A stretch of DNA of 63,869 bases, filler included, from Welwitschia mirabilis (taxonomy: Eukaryota): NCBI GenBank assembly GCA_051453625.1. It is 8 parts of one record of this genome, joined end to end, with 100 filler letters (N's around TTAATTAATTAA, not from the genome) between each part and the next. Parts side by side here need not be neighbours in the genome. Positions count along the whole stretch, not along the records: positions 56,064 to 60,329 come from JBOZIK010000001.1; positions 60,430 to 62,622 come from JBOZIK010000001.1; positions 62,723 to 63,869 come from JBOZIK010000001.1; 5 more parts are not named here. One strand, 5' to 3'. Both the position numbers and the translations under genes were made by a program. Positions 56,064 through 63,869 of the stretch are shown one piece after another. The notes beneath the pieces were generated by a model. It was not told where the DNA came from. It saw only the letters and a list, made by a program, of their open reading frames with translations, and did no database searches. How positions within the stretch are numbered: position 1 is the first letter of the stretch; each line of letters begins with the position of its first letter.

Positions 56064-56720
56064 AATTACCTCCAAATAAATACTCTATTGGAATGAAATA
56101 GATCTTCCATATCAAATACAATCCTGACAACACAATCAATAAGCATAAAGTAAGACTTATTATTAAAGGTTATGTACAAGAGGTAGGAATTGATCATGGG
56201 GAAACCTATGCACTTGTAGCACATTTAGAATTAGTTTAAGCCTTCTTAGCTTATGGATTCAAAACTCACATGAAAGTTTAGCAAAGGGATTTTATATCTA
56301 CATTTCTAAATGATTACTTAGAGGAAGAAGTGTATATTGATCAAGTAGAGGATTTCAAAATTCAAGGTAAGGAAAATTGGGTTTATTAACTAAGGAAGGC
56401 ATTTTATGGTTTAAAACAATCCCCTAAAGCATGATTAATATATCTTAACTCATATCTAATGAATTGATCTTATGAAAAATGTTCCTCTGAAGACACCTTA
56501 TGTTTGTATTAAATTATGTTGATGACATTATTTTTAGATGACCACATGATTTATTAATTATATAATTTTGGAGTGATATGAAACATTAATTTAAAATGAT
56601 TGATTTGGCTTACTATCTTATTAGCTTGAAACTGAAATTCATCAACTTCCTAATGAAATATTCTTAAACCAATCTAAATATTAATGTGACATGCTTCAAA
56701 AATATGAAATGCATAATTAT
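56064..56720 (+). mobile_element. Ty1/copia reverse transcriptase fragment
   Basis: KVRLIIKGYVQEVGIDHGETYALVA, FLNDYLEEEVYIDQ, KAFYGLKQSP and YVDDIIF motifs. Confidence 0.9.
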
Positions 56721-59700
56721 TATTGTGATGCCAATTTATAGTAATTTGATGATGTATTTTAAGTACTTTTGTAAGACATTTATATAGGTTTGGATGCTCT
56801 ATTGATGATTATGGAGATTTAATAGGATGAACAATAAAACATGTTATTTTTAGAATATTTGGAGGTTTCTCAAGATTATTCTGACATTACATACTTGAAA
56901 AAAGAATTCATAATGCAAGAAACTAACTTACTTTTAAATATTATAGATAAGAAAGCCTTCATGCCCTATGTCATTCCCCCAATAGGCAGGACAATAGCAT
57001 TATTAATATGAACAAAAGATACGAGGCTGATAGTGAGGCATGAGGCTAATGATGTAACTTTGATGTAAGGTGATGTCCCCTTTGTCATACCCATGATAGT
57101 CAGGATGAAAACATTGCTATCCATTTTNNNNNNNNNNNNNNNNNNNNNNNNNNNNNNNNNNNNNNNNNNGTTATTAGGATTTCTTTTTTGACTTCTATGG
57201 TTGAGTTTCTAGAATCTCAATGTAAAACTATAAATACCCTTCTCCTTCTTCATTTTTATTTTCACCTTTTGTACCTAATATGCTTGTGATGAAAGGATAA
57301 AGAACAAAAGGTCCATCTAGTAGCTATAAAAAGGATTTTTCTTGGTGTTAGGCTAAGTCTCTTTCATTAAGGTATTTCTTGTTTGTAAGTGGATGCAAAG
57401 TTCTTGAATTAATCCAATTACTCTTTGAATTAATACAATTGCTATTTTTAGTTCAATTCTATGCATGTCCCTTATGATTTACATTGATCATAGTTTAAAA
57501 GTGATAATTATGTAATTTATCTACATCATAAGGGCAACCTTTGTTAAGGTTAACCTTAGTTAGTATTATATTTTCATTGTTATTTCATTCCATTTTACAT
57601 TGCATTCTATATTCTACTTGTTAGATCTCATAGTTCATGTTGGTTAAGAACTAGTTAAATATTCTTCTTAATTTATTTGAATTATGGAGAAATTAATTGT
57701 TGTGATAAAAGAATCAGGAACTAATAGAATTCATTCCATTTCCATTTCCATTTCCATTTCATTTTTCATTCACTTGCATTGCATTTACTTATTTAATTAC
57801 TTTCAGTTATCATAAGATAAAAAGACCAAAAATATCTTGGAAATCAATTTTATAACTCTTATTCTAGTGTCTTTATTGGAATTACAACATTCAAGTGAAC
57901 TCCCATCTATACTAGATTATGTCTTTCTATAAGTTATTTAATTTATAAGTTTACCTAAAGAATATTATAATTACATAAATTCACACCATAACATTTTGGT
58001 GTCATTATTGAGGAAGGCCATAAGGAGCTAGAGAATTATCATTAATCAAATAAGTTCCTTGAATATTTTTTTTAGGTTATTTATTTTATTTAATGTTGTA
58101 TTTCTAGTTTAGTTTAAAATAGGTTTATTTCTACAAAATTTTATTTTCCATAATTGTTTAGGGACCTTGTCGTTCTCTCTGTCATTCCAATGACATTGGG
58201 CATGACAATTCTAAAATTTTAAAATTAGTTTTTATTTTTGTAATTTTTTTGTTTTTAATTCAATAATAAAAATACTGTCATCTTCTCTATCATCCCCATG
58301 ATAGATCGGACAACAATTTGATTTTTCAATAGTCTTTTTCACATTTCATAATTTTTCTTTTCCACAAGTTTAAATAAATTGTTGTTTTACCTATCATCCC
58401 CATGAACGTGTGAATGATAGTCTCTTTTTTTTTTTTTTTTTTTTTGTACTATCAATAAATTTTCATAGTTTTAAATTTCTATTACTATGATCATCGTCCT
58501 TCTTGTCATCCCCACGATTAGACAGATGATATTTTTTTGTTTTTATTTTAGTTTTTTGTTTATTGCTTGAGCATGCAAGGACATGATAAATTCTAGTAGA
58601 AAGATAAAATGTCAAAGAGAATAAAACTTGATCAAAGAAAATATCAAATAAGGATTATTTGACTTTGAGCTAAATCTAGATATGCATACCCTAGATAGTA
58701 AATTCCCAAAATTAAAGAAGAATATTTTTCTACTTTTATTGTTTTAGAATCAAATTTTGCAAAAGAAAATTATAGTATAGAAGTAGATCGTGTTGTTTCT
58801 TCTTTGAATATGTCAAATGTATCAAAATCGTAAAAAAAAATTAAGTTGCTTCATCTAATATTTCAATCATAATAGAAAATTCTTCCTTGAATGCAAACAT
58901 TACTCTTAGAGATTTAATTGCTAATAGAAAACATGAAATTCAAAATCCTTTTGATTTACCTCTCGAATATATTGTAGAACTAAGAAATTTAAGTTCTCAT
59001 CTAACGTTTTCAAGGAAATCAAAGGAAGATCCCTTTCAACATTTATCTAACATTGAACAACTTGTACTCACCTCAAAAAATGAAAAGAAAAGTATTAGTG
59101 ACTTTATCTATATGATTATTTTTTTAGTCATACTTAGAGAAAGAGCAAAAGTTTGGCTTAAAATGATTCCACATAAAAGTCTTAAATCTTAAAGTCAAGT
59201 GTAAGAAGTATTTATTAAATGATTTTTAAGTGAAAGTTTCATGAGAAAAAGAAGAAAAAAGTAATCAACTTTTAAGAACAACCTCATGAGGATTATGCAA
59301 TAACCTATGAACATTTTATAATTACTAGCCATTCCAACCCTATTGATGAATTTTGTAAAGAAGAGCTAATAGATTATTTTTATAGTGGATTGAATGCTCT
59401 AACTAAACAACTTGTATATTTTTCTTATGGAGGTAACTTGTTAAGCCTAGTCTTAGAAGAAGCATGAAGCATGTTGGAAAATCTTGCAAAAACAAATCAA
59501 ACTTGGCCTAAATTCACTAAAGAAAATATAACTGTAGGCCAAATATTTAAGGATTTAAAGAAAGTTAAACATAACAAAGAAGAAAAAAGAGAGGGCTCAA
59601 TCAACCTGATGAAAGATTTTATTACTACTTTAGAAAATTATACACAAATAATAGTTTATGAAAAAGTAGTAAAAATGAAAACTCAACTTCAAATTATGAA

Positions 59701-60329
59701 ATTTATGAAGATAACTCTCATCCAACAAAAGAATGTCCCTTTTTACCAACTTTTAAGAAAAGGATGTTTGAGGAATTTTATGCCTTCAACCAAAGAACAC
59801 TTAATTTTAAAATCCAACTACAATTTCAACAAAGATTAGATAAGAAAATCTCAATGGAAACCATTTGAAAGTAGATTTAGTAATTCTAGCTTTCAACCTA
59901 ATTTTCAACAAGATTAGAATTATTCACTTAGAGAATCCATAGAAGAAATAAAAAAAGTACAAGAAAAAACTAATAGTAACATTGAGAACTTAGTAAATGT
60001 GCTTCAAACAATAATGCTTTCCAATCAAAAATCACAAAGATCTCTTGCATCTCAACAGTGCCTAACCTAGATGAAGTTAGGGGAGATTTGAAAATAGTAA
60101 TAAGAAGTAAAAAGGATATAATACCTTCTACCCATGAGGTTTCAACTTCTAAAAATAATTAAATAAATGAGAAAGATGATGTAGAAACTTTAGATTTATA
60201 AATCTTCTATTAACATCATCTACTAAAACCCTCACTAAAAATACTTCAAAAGAAAACAAAGGAAAGAAACCATCCACTCCTTAGCTTGATAGATTAAATA
60301 CAAATCCTACTTTTAATAAATACAAAAAA
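56721..60329 (+). mobile_element. Athila-type element J inserted in copia RT: 5' LTR (56721-57993), PBS (57997-58014), UTR, gag
   Basis: LTR TATTGTGATGCCAATT...ATAACA; PBS TGGTGTCATTATTGAGGA; gag ORF pieces 58887-59839. Confidence 0.9.
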
Positions 60330-60429
60330 NNNNNNNNNNNNNNNNNNNNNNNNNNNNNNNNNNNNNNNNNNNNTTAATTAATTAANNNNNNNNNNNNNNN
60401 NNNNNNNNNNNNNNNNNNNNNNNNNNNNN

Positions 60430-62622
60430 CGAAAGAAAAAATTGAATCCTATTAGATATGGCTAGAGTGATGCTAAATGATAAAAACATTCCAAAATGAT
60501 TTTGGGCTGAAGCTGTTAACATGACATGTCATATATCGAACAGAGTCTATTCGAGGCCTAGAACTTCTAAAACTTCTTAGGAGCTTTGGAAAGGTAAAAA
60601 AACCAAATATATCCTATTTTAAAACTTTTGGCAGTAAATGTTTTATCTTGAGAGATCAAGAGAATCTAGCAAAATTTGATGCAAAATCAGATGAAGGAAT
60701 CTTTTTGGGATACTCCCAATCTAGTAGAACCTATAGAGCTTTTAATAAAAGAACTCTTCCTATGGAAGAATTAATTAATGTAAAGATACATGTTTTTTTA
60801 GATTCTTCAAAGCCTATTAACCTTGATGAAGATCCTATTCCCTCTTATTCTATTAACCAAAAGGATGAAGTCTCAACAGATATAGCAACTCCAGAAATTA
60901 AGGAATTCAAGAGTCATCCTTTAGAGTCTATTATTGGACATGTTCAGCAAGGTATCATTACCAAAAATTCTTTTAAAAATTTAGTGCTCATGTCTTTCTT
61001 TTATCTCAAATCGAACCTAAATCTTTTGCTAAGGCTGAATACATAGCTGCTGGTGCCTGTTGCACTCAGACTTTGTGGATGAAAGAGATCTTGAACAACT
61101 ATGGACTAAATATAACTGAAGTACCAATCCTATATGACAACTCAAGTGCTATTCAAATAGCTCACAATCCAGTCTAACACACTCAAACCAAACACATTGA
61201 TATCAAGTACCACTTCATTCACAAATTAGTTGAAAAGAAAATTATATCTTTAGAATATGTTTGCATAGAAGATCAATTAGCTGATATTTTTACAAAACCT
61301 CTATCTTCAGATTTTTTTTTTAACCCTTTGATGTTTTCTAGGCATTAAGTCCGAATAGTACTTGGCTTACCCAGCCTCGTCTGAATAATTAAATTCAGGT
61401 TGGAGGATTCAAATCTTTTTAAATATTATATTTTTGAAACTTAATCGACCTAATTCTCAATTAGGGCAACCGTTTTATTCTCAGATTTCTCTCTATTAGA
61501 TTTTATTCTTGTTGACTGGTTTCAACCCAGTTTTTCCTGTAAAATCTTGAAGAATATGTGTTGAGTAAACAATTAGTTTTAGTCAACCTCCTTCTTCTAA
61601 TTATTTTATCTAGTTACATTAGGTCGACTGTGTCTTCTCCATAGGTCAACCAGATTTTAGTCGGATTTTTCTGTAAAAATTTCTGTCTTACAGTCGACCG
61701 CCACCTTACTATTAGGTTTTAAAATTTTACACGGGTCGACCGACCATCCAATCGGTCGCCTGCATTTAAGGTGGTGTGCTGTGGATTTGTCTTCACTTCG
61801 ACATTCCTCATCTTGCTAGGCAGGAGATACAGTAGCCCATGGGGCCTATAGATCGTGGCACATTATCAAGAATGCACATTTTTGAAGAACCTGCTGCTCC
61901 ATCTAAGCCTAAGATTAAGGCCTCTCACACCCTAAAAATTCTCCATCTTCTTCATTAGATTAATTCACAGAATCAGCACATCAAGAAGGCCCTGATTGCC
62001 AGTGGGACTCTCGTTGCTAACACCTCTCAGAGTGAGGGTTCTTAGGCTTCTGCATCTTTAGAGTCTGACTGAGTCTTTATGTGTTTTTTGTGCTCTCTAG
62101 TTTTTTTCCGTGTCCTCCCCATCCTTGATTTCATCAAAAAGGGGGAGAAAAGATTTTGTAACATCTTTATCACTTGTCACTTCTATGTATTACAAGTTAG
62201 TCAGAATATATCTTTCAAATGTAATGAAACTTGTTTACATAATATAAAGAATCTTATTTTTGTGCAAGTTACTTGTGTTTCTTCTGATGATTTTTATATA
62301 TATACAAAACTCATTTAAATTTAATAGTTTTCCAAGTTAAATGAGTTAAGAGGAGAATCTAGATGTTAAATTATTATTTTTCCTTAATCAATGACAAAGG
62401 GGGAGTTTGTTGAGAATCCATTTTCATTGACTAATTTAATGGATTTTTGTAAGTTAGTCTTTTGTGCAGGTCTTTCTCAGAACCGGGTAACCAATGTATG
62501 ATATTAGGCAACCAAATTATCAAGAACTGTAAACACTGGTTTAGAGTCGAGTGACCACACTTTATATTCCAGGCAACTGAAAACTGACCGGTTAACACAT
62601 GTGCGACTGCCATAAAAATATG
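60430..62622 (+). mobile_element. Sirevirus-like Ty1/copia: integrase fused to RNase H (RT missing), post-pol region, double PPT, 3' LTR from 62408
   Basis: WAEAVN, LAKFDAKSDEGIFLGYS, AEYIAAGACCTQ and TKHIDIKYHFI motifs; AAAGGGGGAG tracts at ~62138 and ~62396; GGTCGACC-type palindromes. Confidence 0.85.
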
Positions 62623-62722
62623 NNNNNNNNNNNNNNNNNNNNNNNNNNNNNNNNNNNNNNNNNNNNTTAATTAATTAANNNNNNNNNNNNNNNNNNNNNN
62701 NNNNNNNNNNNNNNNNNNNNNN

Positions 62723-63869
62723 AAGATTGACTTCACTTAGTCTTTAGACATTCATATGTGTATGAACTTCATTTTATGAAGGAAGATGTCTTAATTATTT
62801 TATTTTCTTTTAATGGTATGAGTAATAAGTTGTTTTAGCATGTTCTTCTTTGTTATTTATCTCCTTACTTTACTTTTATCCTTATGAGTATTTGGTCATA
62901 TAAAGTTTATGTATCAAAAGAAAAAGAAAAAGAAAAGAAAAAAAAATAAAGAAAGAAAAAATAACTCAGGCCATGCCCTTTAATGTTATATCTTAAAATA
63001 TGGCCCTCATGATGTCCTACCACAAATGCACTGGGAAAAATATTCCCAAGAGAGGCCTTTGGCAATGTAGTATGGTAGCTGTAGGAAATCTACTAGGGGG
63101 TCAGTTGGCCATGCTATGCAGGTTCTTACTCCTGTGACAGTGGTTGCATCCCCTCATCATGGTAAGAATAAAATTATATTTAAAGGCTATGAGATTAGTG
63201 GTGTCCCTGGTATCACCAGAGGAATTTCTTTTTTTCTAGACTTATTTTTATTTATTTATATTACTTCCACATGATCACTTTACTTTTTTTGGATTCTAGG
63301 ATTATTTTGAGATAATAGCTTATAAGTTCCTATTTTAATAATATTTTATCTTATCATTCATTATTTGATAATATTAGATATACTTGACATTACCATAATC
63401 ATTACCCATTTGAATGGAACATTTTATGAATTTTTACATTATATCATGCATTATTATCAGGTGATTTTATGATTTATTTGAAGGACTTTACTAAGGATTA
63501 ATTTTAAGTAGGTAAGCAAATCTTCTTTATATTCCTAGTTGTCCATTTTTCATTATGTTTTTCCTTAGTTGTCTTGTTTGGAATTTTCAAAGTCATTACA
63601 ATACTTTTTCTATATCATAATTAGAACCTGATCATTTGGTAGCTCTCTAGTTGTCTTTCTATTTTCACTTATAGTTTTTCTTTATAAAGGCTATTTTTAT
63701 TTTTCACACTACCAATTGATGCATTTCTTTTACCTTGATTGATGTAATCTTTTTGTTTTATGCTAATGTTTTTGATATGTGATTTTGTGGTTTTTCATTT
63801 ATCTACTTATAGATTTCTAAACACTCATGAATTCTAGAATACATTGGAGGAATACTTATAAGCATTCTT
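62723..63869 (+). mobile_element. Athila-type 3' non-coding region (element K)
   Basis: Contains the conserved block (63025-63280) shared with elements B, C, E, G and H. Confidence 0.8.

Overview
AT-rich, heavily decayed plant (probably monocot) heterochromatin from a gapped draft assembly. No intact protein-coding gene is visible. Most of the window is stacked retroelement remnants: about 11 pieces of an Athila-type Ty3/gypsy group (tRNA-Asp PBS, TG(TA)TT.TG...CCAAT LTR starts, one env-like ORF), five Ty1/copia fragments including a Sirevirus-like one with an RT deletion, a chromovirus-like integrase remnant and an L1-type LINE ORF2. A multi-level nesting between 15.6 and 31.7 kb can be partly reconstructed from target-site duplications. 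The one stretch that does not look like a decayed TE is a ~1.1 kb non-coding island at ~32.85-34.0 kb that retains CG/CHG sites. It begins at a miR2275-like target site and is a candidate reproductive 24-nt PHAS locus. All calls come from reading the sequence by eye; no searches were run.
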